Shown here piece after piece: positions 1 through 11,558 of a stretch of 64,000 nucleotides of DNA (its first letter is position 1; every line of letters starts with the position of its first letter). The DNA comes from Macrostomum lignano (taxonomy: Eukaryota). Where the stretch lies: NCBI GenBank assembly GCA_002269645.1, contig NIVC01000575.1, positions 62,001 through 126,000 of the forward strand. Direction: 5' to 3'. Under the pieces are notes generated by a model. That model did no database searches. It was given only the letters and a program-made list of their open reading frames with translations, and was not told where the DNA came from. The position numbers and the translations under genes were made by a program.

Positions 1-680
1 GTCTATGGTGCCAATTTTAAATCTATGATCTCTATTGTAAGTCTATGGTGTCTATTGTAAGTCTATGGTGTCTATTGTAAGTCTATGGTGCCAATTGTAA
101 GTCTATGGTGTCTATTGTAAGTCTATGGCCCCAATAGTAAGTCTATGGCCCCAATAGTAAGTCTATGGTGTCTATTGTAAGTCTATGGTGTCTATTGTAA
201 GTCTATGGTGTCTATTGTAAGTCTATGGTGTCTATTGTAAGTCTATGGTGTCTATTGTAAGTCTATGGTGTCTATTGTAAGTCTATGGCCCCAATAGTAA
301 GTCTATGGCCCCAATAGTAAGTCTATGGCCCCAATAGTAAGTCTATGGCCCCAATAGTAAGTCTATGGCCCCAATAGTAAGTCTATGGCCCCAATAGTAA
401 GTCTATGGCCCCAATAGTAAGTCTATGGTGTCTATTGTAAGTCTATGGTGTCTATTGTAAGTCTATGGTGTCTATTGTAAGTCTATGGTGTCTATTGTAA
501 GTCTATGGTGTCTATTGTAAGTCTATGGTGTCTATTGTAAGTCCATGGTGTCTATTGTAAGTCTATGGTGTCTATTGTAAGTCTATGGTGTCTATTGTAA
601 GTCTATGGTGCCAATTGTAAGTCTATGGTGTCTATTGTAAGTCTATGGTCCCAATTGTAAGTCTATGGTCCCAATTACGG
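1..680. repeat. 20-bp tandem minisatellite with two interspersed variants (GTCTATGGTGTCTATTGTAA / GTCTATGGCCCCAATAGTAA)
   Basis: Directly visible head-to-tail units; runs off the left edge of the window. Confidence 0.95.
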
Positions 681-1835
681 TCCCAATATGTTCCAAATTA
701 TGTATTAAGCGAGCAACCTTTCTTGATTACCGTGAATTAACTATCTAATACACGCTTTAATGCAAAATCAAGATAGCATTACTAACTGCAGGTTGGCAGT
801 GCCCCTTGACGAAATATAAGTTCGACAGTTTGAATTAGAAGTTTGAAAACCAATAGTCACTCGGGATGGTTTCCCAGCAGTTTTCCTCAGTTGTTGCTCC
901 CGGCGGCCGGTCTCAACGGGCTGCTTGCCCCGATGCTGCCGGCCGTATCAGGCCGGCGCCCCACCTCCCTCCAGAGCGCGCCTTGTCAACTCCCCCCAGC
1001 CAGCCATCGCAGTGTAGCAAGCACAATTTGAAGATTTATAGCGCAGTTCACAGCGGCCTGCCAGCGCGCTCCTCCTGCAGCCTCCCAGATGCTGATAAAT
1101 CAATGCGCAATGCTGCTGGTCCCTGAGAACCGACTCTCCGGGGCTCCGCTCTCAAACATAAATTTGAGCAGCCAAAAGCCAACGCACACAGCTGGCGGCC
1201 TCTTTGGCCTTCCAGGCCGCTCCAGTATTCCAGGAAACTGTCGGAAAGGCCCGCAGGCTCTCGCGGGGTGGGGGCGATAATTTATCAGATGGATTTTCAA
1301 ACCGAATAATTGTCCCATAAATCTCTCCTCTCCCCCCGCCCCGCCACCCTGCCCAGCATCTCCCAGGCGCTCCATCAGGGGGGCTCAGTGAAATCCCCAG
1401 CAATAATTGATCCTTAGGTGGTCTCCGGCGCACGCCGAAGCCATTACGCAGCCATCCATCAGAGCCGCAAGTGCGCCTGGCTGGAGACTGAAGGGAGCTT
1501 TCTGTGAAATAACTCAAGACAAAGTCTCGGCGTGCAGCTGGTTGGAGTCATGGCAGCAGCTGATTAATCAAGCAAACAGCTCCAAGCATTCGGCATTAGC
1601 AAAACATTTGCTTGTTTCAAGTGGGTTCGACTCTGAGTATCTCACGGCTAGAGTTGTCTGTGCGAGTCTGAGCAAACCAGGCTGACAGGTCTCAAGCTTT
1701 GGACTCTAATTACCTGCTATCAAAGTTTATAGTCTTGATTGATTTGTAGCTAATGCCTGTGTTAGGTGTCAGAGAGGGTACCAATAGTACAGCTGACATG
1801 TAAATGTAGGTGTCAGATGCTCGCCAATAACAGGA

Positions 1836-2462
1836 TCATGTGTTGTGTCAGATGCTCACCAATAGCAGGATCATGTGTTGTGTCAGATGCTCACCAATAG
1901 CAGGATCATGTGTTGTATCAGATGCTCACCAATAGCAGGATCATGTGTTATGTCAGGTGCTCACCAATAACAGGATCATGTGTTGTGTCAGATGCTCACC
2001 AATAGCAGGATCATGTGTTGTGTCAGATGCTCACCAATAGCAGGATCATGTGTTGTGTCAGGTGCTCACCAATAGCAGGATCATGTGTTATGTCAGGTGC
2101 TTACCAATAGCAGGATCATGTGTTGTGTCAGATGCTCACCAATAACAGGATCATGTGTTGTGTCAGGTGCTTACCAATAGCAGGATCATGTGTTATGTCA
2201 GGTGCTTACCAATAGCAGGATCATGTGTTGTGTCAGATGCTCACCAATAGCAGGATCATGTGTTGTGTGCAGATGCTCACCAATAACAGGATCATGTGTT
2301 GTGTCAGATGCTCACCAATAACAGGATCATGTGTTGTGTCAGGTGCTCACCAATAGCAGGATCATGTGTTGTGTCAGATGCTCACCAATAGCAGGATCAT
2401 GTGTTGTGTCAGGTGCTTACCAATAGCAGGATCATGTGTTGTGTCAGATGCTCACCAATAAC
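1836..2462. repeat. 35-bp tandem minisatellite (GTGTTGTGTCAGATGCTCACCAATAGCAGGATCAT)
   Basis: About 18 near-identical adjacent units with no unique spacers. Confidence 0.95.
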
Positions 2463-3247
2463 AGCATCATATTTTTATCAAAGTCATATCATAATTATTC
2501 GTTTCTATAGTTCCAAAATAAACAAGGACATAATAGAACTTGACATCTTTATTGTATCTTCAAATTTAAATTGAAAACAAATATGATAATTATAAAGCAA
2601 CTGACTGAAATCCGATTAAAAGCTTATTCAATTTATTGTGCATAGTTTAACCATGGTAGATGCTAGAAAAAAACCATGGACAGATTCGCCTAAAACTGAT
2701 TGCCTTGTGCAATCTGGACAATTATGGTGACCAGAACGTTGAAGTTAGTTTACAGTGTTAACAAGGCATTAATACGCTGAGGTTTAGCTAAGTTTGTTAA
2801 CGTTGTACAATAAATAATATTCGAAACTATAATATGCAATATAGTATACCAGAGCAACGATCGGCAATTTGATCTGATTTTTTTAAAATTTGTTAGAACG
2901 CAGCAGACGGGCATGAGTAGTAGCGGTAAGCAGGCGATGCGGTGCACAAAAAGCATTGGCGGTACGGGTTGAGTGAAAATAATTACAAAACAATACTTCT
3001 TAATGTGTAATCTGTTTTCCTACGATAAGAGAGCGCGCTATGCAAAATACTTGAACTGAATCCCATCAGGAGACAAGCTGGGGCGCCATTTTAACTTTTT
3101 TTCAACTGGAATCGCTGCAGTACAAGATCAGCAAGAGCTCTTTTCGAATTGACGTTGCTATGGTATTAAAGCTTTAACTAGGCCGTTCACGCCACCACTA
3201 ACCAATCTAGAAAGTTGACCCGCAGAAAAGTAGTTAACAGTCACGTC

Positions 3248-3362
3248 CACCTGAGCTCAGAGCAGGTGTGTACAGCGGCCCTGACTGCCCACCTGAGCTC
3301 AGAGCAGGTGTGTACAGCGGCCCTGACTGCCCACCTGAGCTCAGAGCAGGTGTGTACAGCGG
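3248..3362. repeat. 42-bp tandem repeat, about 3 copies, each with an internal CACCTG...CAGGTG inverted repeat
   Basis: Units begin at 3248 and 3290; the last unit runs into the SINE-like element. Confidence 0.9.
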
Positions 3363-3530
3363 CCTTGACTTTTCATCACCAGGCATGTACACACACACTC
3401 CGCAGACACCTTCTAAGTCAATTTATGTGCCTCGAAGCCCAAATTAAATTGCCCGCTCACGGACTCGAACCCGGATACTAGGGGGTATGACGCGAGAGTC
3501 GGAGGACGTGATAGCCCCCCCCCCACCCAA
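3345..3530 (-). mobile_element. Putative tRNA-derived SINE fragment (related to 21095-21300)
   Basis: Minus strand has B-box GGTTCGAGTCC, then AATTTAATTTGGGCT and a GTGTACATGCCT...AGGCCGCTGTACAC stem; similar blocks occur at 21.1-21.3 kb. Confidence 0.45.
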
Positions 3531-3678
3531 TGAATCGAAGCACAAAGTTTGAGCAATCCTGATTGTGGTTTGAACGACCCTCTCAGATTTGTTTTGAGTT
3601 GTTCGGAACTGATTAAAATTCAATACAAAAGCCGCACAGTTCTCAACGAGCTCGGTATGCTGAGTGTCCAACCACAGT

Positions 3679-6203
3679 TCAGGCCTGCAACTCCTTGCCT
3701 GCAGCTGTTGAGCCGCCCGAAGGTGCTGTCGCTGATGCCACGGAGGCGGCCGCGGCGGCGGCAGCGGCGGCGGCATGGAAGCGACCTGCCGCTTTGATGT
3801 AGTCCAGCGCCGGGAAGAAGGGGAACGGCGGCAGCGCGGCGGTGGGCAGGCGGGCCAGCAGGCTGGGGCACTTGCCCTTGCTGACGTGCAGGCGCACCTG
3901 ACCTTTGTTGGCGAACGGCTTGCTGCAGTAGTGGCACTTGGCCTTTTTCTGCATCAGCGAGTCCGGCCAAGCGCTCGTCGGCTTGTCGGCAGCCGCCGGC
4001 TCCGCGCCGCTGGTTGCTGGCAGCGACGCGGCCGTTGTCGAACCCGACGATGCGACAGGCGCCAAGGAGACGGCAGCGGCAGCAGTAGATGCCGCGGTAG
4101 ACTTTTTCAGCGGCGAAATTTCATCAGAGCGCTGCTGCAGCTTGGACAGGTCCAGCGCCGACGGGTGGCAAACGGGGAATCCCGATGGGTACAGGCCGCT
4201 CTGGTAGATGTACGTTGGGCTCAGCATGATCACCGTATGCCTGCTGCTGACGGCCGATGCGGCGGCTGAGACTGCCGGACTTTCCGGTCTGGCTGTTGAT
4301 GATGTCATCTCCGAAGCTGGTGGCGTCAACGACGGAGACATCGCAGGAGCAGCGGCGGCGGATGCGACCGATGTGGCAGATGCGGCAGCGGACCCGGCCG
4401 ACGGCTTCTCGGCGGTGTCCACCAGCTTCTGCAGCGAGGACAGCGGGTTCTCCTTCTGCTCGGTCGGCCTGTCCGGGCTCAGATAGCTCACGCTGTCCCT
4501 GCCCGCCGCGCCGAGACCGCCGCTGTCACCTTCCCGGCGCTCGTCGTCGTTATCAGAGTCTCCGCCGCTGGCCCCGGCGCCGGTGCCGCCGCTTCGCTCG
4601 TTGCCGTCGAACACGGAGCTCTGTAGCACCTCTTGAAACATGCCCGGCCGCCGGAGACCCGGCCTAGGCAGACTGGCTTCCACAAAGTGCTGCATCTTCT
4701 GCAGGGTGCTGGTAGCGCCGCCCGCTCGCTGCTGCTGCTGCTGCTGCTGGGGATCGGTGGCGGAGTCTGCCTCCTTCACCTCCGCGCGGCTACCGCGGCT
4801 CTGCTGCTGTCCTGCTCGCTCCTTACCGGCAGCTGCAGCCGCTGCTGCTGGGCGCTCGTCCTTGCCCACCGAAGGAAATCGAGCCGCTGCAGAAGACCCA
4901 GTGCCTGCTTGCTGTTGTTGTTGTTGTTGCTGCTGCTGCTGCTGCTGCTGGGACGGCGCCGAATCCGTGTAGATGATCTCCGTATAGTGCCGAGTCTTCA
5001 TCATGTGCATTGTGAGCTCCGGCAGGGTGCGGAAGCTCTGCTTGCAGCGGATGCAGCGCAGAATCTCTCTGGTCTGCTCCGTCTCGGAGTTGATCCACAT
5101 GTCCTGGCCGCGCACCAGCTTGGGGATGTCGCGGTCGCGGCCGCAGGCGACTCCCGGTCCGTGGCCAGTCTCCTTCAGGTGCAGCGTCAGGCTGATGAGG
5201 CTGGCAAAAGCCCGGCCGCAGGAGCACTGAAAGTCGGTCTCGCCGCTCGACTGCCGCTCAGTAGTTGGGAAAACTGACGACGGCGGCGACGCCTTGGAAC
5301 TGCCCGGCGGGGCAGCGGCGGCAGCGGCGGCGGCTGCTGCGGCAATCACGGGCGCTGGGATGCTCGCGGCAGGTGTTGCTCTGGTCGCCTTTATGCGGCG
5401 CTGCTGCTGCTGCTGTGTCAAGACTGATGACGATGACGGGTTCGGCTGAGGCGTCAGCTGCTGCCGCCAGGACGGACTCGGCGAATCTTCTTGAATTGAG
5501 CGCTGAGACTGCGCCAAAGCCGATGCAGCCAGACTCGAAGCCTGTGGCACCGTCGCTGGAAACGACGTTGGTGGTGGTGGCGGTGGCGGGGAATCTGCAG
5601 CGACGAGAAGAGGCTGCTGAAACCTGGCGACAAGATGCCTGCGGCGTGGTGGAGCTTGGGGCCAGCGGCGGTCGATTGGAGCTGCTGCGGTGCCGGTGGC
5701 GGCGGCGGCGGCAGCGGTGGCACCAGGCCGGAGAGGGCCAGAGACGAATAGTACAGGTACTGAGCCTGCAGAGAGGCCTGCCACTGGTTCATGGCCGTCC
5801 AGCAGTCGGCAGCTGATGTGACTGCGGGCTCCTCAGCCGATGCTGTGGAGTTCATCGTCCGGAATGTCTCAGCGCAGCGGGCCATGTAGGCCGCCGCTGC
5901 AGCTGCGGCAGACGAAGACACGCCGTGACGAACAGCTTCCGGGTCGTCGCTGGTATCGACATCCGGTTCCGCAGCGTTAGCAGCAGCATTCCGGCTTAAA
6001 CTGGCAGGTGTAGACAGGTCCAGAGGAGACGCAGCTCCGGGCTCCGGCTCCCCGTCCTGATGGTTTCTGGCCCGCTTCTTCGGCGGTACAGAGCTGGCGG
6101 CGGCGGTGGCGGAGGCTGTTGGTGGCGGTCTGAAGGCGGAGGGCAGCTCGGCGCTGGCTGAGCGCTTCTGCTGCTGCTGCCCCTGCGGCGTAGGCGACGA
6201 CAT
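3679..6203 (-). CDS. tsh: Teashirt/tiptop (TSHZ family) zinc-finger transcription factor; one large coding exon with a probable 1-bp deletion at the G-run 5588-5591
   Basis: IPKLVRGQDMWINSETEQTREILRCIRCKQSFRTLPELTMHMMKTRHYTEII matches the Teashirt signature finger (recalled Drosophila RKLVRGQNVW...QILKCMRCGESFRSL...HMQETQHY). Also a preceding finger FQCSCGRAF...HLKETGH, NPLSSLQKLV motif, C-terminal CHYC...H...C finger, and CtBP motif PLDLS in ORF 5454-6260. That ORF joins ORF 3679-5784 if one C is restored (ATT CCC CCG CCA). In-frame acceptor TTTCTGCTCTACAG| gives exon start 6227; ATG at 6203; TGA at 3679. Confidence 0.9.
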
Positions 6204-7739
6204 CCTGATGAGTCGGGCGGATGCCTGCTGTAGAGCAGAAATGCAGGTGCGGGCGGGCACAAGTGAATAAAGATGATTCTTTGTTAAGTTTAAGATGCTT
6301 CAAGCATACATAAACTGTCGCGGAACCAATTCTGTCAAATAAAAAAAGTTTAAAACAGTTTCCCTCTCCGGTATTAGCTACAATTTGATTCGAGTAAAAA
6401 CGTATTTGCAATCCTCCAAGCAGCCAGCGCCCGCCCGTGCATGCGGGATTGTCGGCGGTCTTCGCTCCTCTTCAACAAGAAAGCACGAATCTATATATCT
6501 AAATTAATGAACTAAATTTTTAGTCTACGCGGGGAAATAAGATTTAAGAGGCCGAGGAGGGAAGCAGGCAGCAGAGCTGTAATGTATCTGTTTTGCTGGA
6601 GCGGACCGGGGCTAGTCAGTGACTCAGGCGGAGAGACAGAAAAAACTTCCATAATCAAATGCAGGCCTGAATGGCAATAAATTTCAAGAACTACCATAAA
6701 CTGAATAGATGAGGCTCCGAGGCTGCTGGGGGGAGTCATCTTGAACTAGACAAACTCAGCTCCAATATTCTAGCGCGAGGACTCAGTGACAGACTAGCGA
6801 CCTGCATCATATATCATTCACGAACTCGACTATATGCAGCCTCTCTATTCAACTTCATATTAATAATATGCGCCTTAAACACGCCCGGTAGTGCAGCTGG
6901 ACTGCATGCAGTAATGCGATAGATCTGCGAGGAAGTCTGTCTGGCCTCTTTTTTGTCGGCAACTTTTTTGTGTTGTTTATTTTGTTATTTTTTCGATTAA
7001 CCACTTTTTTACCTGCAAAGCGGCAACCGGGAGAGAACCAGGAGTGAAGAATCGGGCCTGACAGGGGCGCTGTAAAACTGTCGGAACTTTTGCGGTGCTG
7101 CTGCTGCTGCGAGCCAGCCTCTCCGCTCTCCTAAACCCATCGAGCATATATCGCATGATTTGAGGTGAGGCAGAGAGAGAGGGGGGGTTAACGGCTGGAA
7201 AACTTCTGAAACATTTCTGAAACATAATTTAGTGCCCCAAACCTGATCCCTCCGCCCTCTTGCCAGCCGGAGAGCAGAAGTGCTACAAAAAGGCAATAAC
7301 GACCACCCACTGCCAAGGCCCAGAAGCCGCTGTATATGCAATAGGTTGAAAACAGAGCAATTTGGTGCCAAAGCTCTGAGCTATTTGAGTTGCATCAAAG
7401 CGCCAAATAGGGGGGGGGGGGGGGAGGACACGACCTCACTTGGAGACAGCCGAAATTCTATACAATTATTGCGCCTTGGGGCTGAAAGCCTTTTTCCCCG
7501 CGGGGTGAATAAATATCTATATTTCACGTATGGGCGGAGGCAGCTTGAACTTCAAAAGGCTCGAATGTAGATTCTAGGAAAGGAGGAGAAATCAGCAAGT
7601 TGGAAACTGCATGGAAGATATGCATGTTGGCAATAAATAAAACTCAGAGAGAGAATTGCGGCAAGCGTTGTGAAAGTGTTAAGGGTTTTATATCTTACCG
7701 CATAAAATTCAACTGCACGCAGGCACTTTTAACTGGCTT

Positions 7740-8200
7740 TATCTGAGGATGCCATTTTTAATCTGAGGATGCCATTCTCAAATCTGATGGTGCCATTTTT
7801 TAAATCTGAGAATGCCATTATTAAGCTGAGAATGCCTTTTTAATCTGGAGATTCTGTTTTTAGTCTGAGGGTGCCATTTTTTATCTGAGGGTGCCATAGC
7901 CATAGATCCAAAGGTGCCATTCTTTAATCTGAGGGTGGCATTTTTTATCTGAGGGTGCCATTTTTTATCTGAGGGTGCCATTTTTTATCTGAATGTGCCA
8001 TTTTTTATCTCAAGTGCCATTTTTCAATCTGAGGGTGCCTTTTTTATCTGAAGTGCCATTTTTTAATTTGAGGGTGTCATTTTTTATCTGAAGTGCCATT
8101 TTTTATCTGAGGGTGCCATTTTTTATCTGAGGGTGCCATTTTTTAATTTGAGGGTGTCATTTTTTATCTGAGGGTGCCATTTTTTATCTGAGGGTGCCAT
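7740..8200. repeat. About 21-22-bp degenerate minisatellite (ATCTGAGGGTGCCATTTTTTT)
   Basis: Visible tandem units. Confidence 0.9.
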
Positions 8201-8720
8201 GGCCATAGAGCTAAAGGTGCCATTTTAATACGAAGATTGCCAGTTTGAAGTTTCGGTCATCCGGTAAATTCCATTTTAAAGTGGAACAGCACGGGCCTCA
8301 CCTCACTACTTGCGTTGCACCTAGAAGAAACCTGGCTGGCTCACCTTTCTTCTTTAAAGCAAATGCGGAAACAAAGATAAAATTATGGCAGTTGCCGACC
8401 CCCACAGTCTGCGTTTGGTTTCCCTAAAGTCAGACTTAGGAGACTGATGGCCCAGACAATACCGGGTCTATCCCTCTATCTCACCTTTAAATTTTCTTTC
8501 AATGTTTTCCTGTTTCTTTCTCTATCTTCCTGCCCTAGCAGCCGCAGCAGCCCCCCGGCCAAAACTCTGGAATTGGATTGGAAGGTTGCGGGGGCCTCAG
8601 CCGTAAATCAAAACCGCTGCGCAGTCGCTGCCACCCCTCCCCCCCCCCTCTCTAGGGCTGGCTCGCGTGCCGGCCTCCTCGAAAGACATCAATCTGTCAG
8701 CGCAGACGAGTCGCATCATT

Positions 8721-8833
8721 GCATCAAAGGCGGCCCGCCACCAAAAGCTATGGGGGAGGAGGGGGGGGGCAAGGGCAGGCCGGTCGTAAAACGCCACTTT
8801 GATGCATGAGCCCCGCGGACGGCGGCGGGCGGC
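8721..8833. promoter_or_regulatory. Candidate Wnt-response element: two inverted GCATCAAAG TCF/LEF sites, each next to GCCGCC-type helper sites
   Basis: GCATCAAAG at 8721-8729 followed by GCGGCCCGCCA; CTTTGATGC at 8797-8805 followed by GGCGGCGGGCGGC at 8821-8833; about 2.5 kb upstream of the tsh coding start. Confidence 0.4.
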
Positions 8834-9289
8834 ATTCTCAGACAATTTTATTGCACCCTCTCTCTGCCCCGCTCATTTCATTCCTGTGTGTAACCCACAA
8901 TAACCGCTATTGGGTGCATGTGACTGGTGTGTCACTTTGCCAGTTGCAGTCGCAGCCACCCGCTCTCGCTCTCTTGACTCCGCCGTCCACTCCACCGCGC
9001 GGTCTGTCTGTCTGTCTGTCTATTACCTAAAGCCTCAGGGCCAGGCCTCCAGTTAAAAAGGTGTCGGTCGGTCTGAGACTGAGACTTGGGAGGAAGGGGG
9101 GGGGCTAAAAACCCACGGAAAGTTGTAAACTTTAAGACACTGGGGGCTTTAAAGGTAGGCTGTACTCAATAGGCTATACAATTTATCATTTACGCGGTGG
9201 CTGCAGCAGCTGCCACCGTCACAACAGTGGTCGGTTGGTGCGTTCTGCTTCTGCTGTCTTTTTCATTTCATATGCCTAGCGCCAACAAC

Positions 9290-10025
9290 TGTCTCTCTGC
9301 CTCTGTCTCTCTGCCTCTGTCTCTCTGCCTCTGTCTCTCTGCTGCTCTGCGATCTCTCTGCCTCTGTCTCTGCTGCTCTGCGATCTCTCTGCCTCTGTCT
9401 CTCTGCCTCTGTCTCTCTGCTGCTCTGCGATCTCTCTGCCTCTGTCTCTCTGCTGCTCTGCGATCTCTCTGCCTCTGTCTCTCTGCCTCTGTCTCTCTGC
9501 TGCTCTGCGATCTCTCTGCCTCTGTCTCTCTGCCTCTGTCTCTCTGCTGCTCTGCGATCTCTCTGCCTCTGTCTCTCTGCCTCTGTCTCTCTGCTGCTCT
9601 GCGATCTCTCTGCCTCTGTCTCTCTGCCTCTGTCTCTCTGCTGCTCTGCGATCTCTCTGCCTCTGTCTCTCTGCTGCTCTGCGATCTCTCTGCCACTGAC
9701 TCTCTGCCTCTGTCTCTCTGCTGCTCTGCGATCTCTCTGCCACTGTCTCTCTGCCTCTGTCTCTCTGCTGCTCTGCGATCTCTCTGCCACTGTCTCTCTG
9801 CTGCTCTGCGATCTCTCTGCCTCTGTCTCTCTGCTGCTCTGCGATCTCTCTGCCTCTGTCTCTCTGCCTCTGTCTCTCTGCTGCTCTGCGATCTCTCTGC
9901 CTCTGACTCTCTGCTGCTCTGCGATCTCTCTGCCACTGTCTCTCTGCCTCTGTCTCTCTGCTGCTCTGCGATCTCTCTGCCACTGTCTCTCTGCTGCTCT
10001 GCGATCTCTCTGCCTCTGTCTCTCT
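9290..10025. repeat. CT-rich composite minisatellite (CTCTCTGCCTCTGT / CTCTCTGCTGCTCTGCGAT)
   Basis: Visible; explains ORFs 9197-10030 and the AERQRQRD ORFs. Confidence 0.95.
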
Positions 10026-10079
10026 TCTAAATGCTCTATTTGATTTCTAATCTACCACTCACTTCATCACTCTAACACT

Positions 10080-10985
10080 ATGATCTATGATCTATCTCTC
10101 TATCTATAATCTATAATCTATCTCTCTATCTATGATCTATAATCTATCTCTCTATGATCTCTCTATCTATGATCTATAATCTATCTCTCTATGATCTATC
10201 TCTCTATGATCTATGATCTATCTCTCTATCTATGATCTATAATCTATCTCTCTATGATCTATCTCTCTATGATCTATAATCTATCTCTCTATCTATGATC
10301 TATAATCTATCTCTCTATGATCTATCTCTCTATGATCTATAATCTATCTCTCTATCTATGATCTATAATCTATCTCTCTATGATCTATCTCTCTATGATC
10401 TATGATCTATAATCTATCTCTCTATGATCTATCTCTCTATGATCTATGATCTATAATCTATCTCTCTATGATCTATGATCTATAATCTATCTCTCTATCT
10501 ATGATCTATAATCTATCTCTCTATGATCTATCTCTCTATGATCTATCTCTCTATCTATGATCTATAATCTATCTCTCTATGATCTATCTCTCTATGATCT
10601 ATAATCTATCTCTCTATGATCTATCTCTCTATGATCTATCTCTCTATGATCTATAATCTATCTCTCTATCTATGATCTATAATCTATCTCTCTATGATCT
10701 ATCTCTCTATGATCTATCTCTCTATCTATGATCTATAATCTATCTCTCTATGATCTACCACTCTATGATCTATGATCTATCTCTCTATGATCTATGATCT
10801 ATCTCTCTATCATCTATGATCTATCTCTCTATGATCTATCTCTCTATCTATGATCTATAATCTATCTCTCTATGATCTACCACTCTATGATCTATGATCT
10901 ACCTCTTTATGATCTATGATCTATCTCTCTATGATCTATGATCTATCTCTCTATGATCTACGAGTATATGATCTACCACTCTATG
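10080..10985. repeat. TCTA/TCTATGA-derived composite AT-rich satellite
   Basis: Mixture of CTATGAT, CTATAAT and CTATCTCT units. Confidence 0.95.
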
Positions 10986-11280
10986 ATTTACGACCCAAAA
11001 CTCTTGGGTCTCAGCCAATTCTGCGCAGAAGGAGCGACCGCCAGATCTCGCAAAGGTCGCTGAGGTTTAAATACGATTGTAAAAATGCAAATTCGACTTA
11101 ATACAACTCAGACACTTGATTAATGCCAAACTGATTCTCTGCAAACCATTATAGTATAGCCGTGACATTTTTGAATTGCCAGACCTACTTGACGCTCCGA
11201 TGTCATTAAAGATTATTTCGGTCGCTAAAAGAATTTTTCACGTGTTCCAATAATTTTAGGGTTGATTTATATTGATTATT

Positions 11281-11558
11281 TGATGTCAGCAATGTCTAAA
11301 TTGATGTCAGAATTGTCTAAATTGATGTCAGCAATGTCTAAATTGATGTCAGCAATGTCTAAATTGATGTCAGCATTGTCTAAATTGATGTCAGCAATGT
11401 CTAAATTGATGTCAGCATTGTCTAAATTGATGTCAGAATTGTCTAAATTGATGTCAGCAATGTCTAAATTGATGTCAGCAATGTCTAAATTGATGTCAGC
11501 ATTGTCTAAATTGATGTCAGCAATGTCTAAATTGATGTCAGCATTGTCTAAATTGATG
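11281..11558. repeat. 21-bp minisatellite (TTGATGTCAGCAATGTCTAAA), about 13 copies
   Basis: Visible; explains the MSAMSKL repeat ORF. Confidence 0.95.

Noticed and set aside
843-1685. Short GC-rich ORFs downstream of tsh
   Set aside because: No domain, codon or splice-phase support; more likely non-coding sequence.
6660-6700. MVVLEIY resembling the Drosophila Tsh N-terminus (LMLEIY)
   Set aside because: Four-residue match, no usable splice donor; likely chance.
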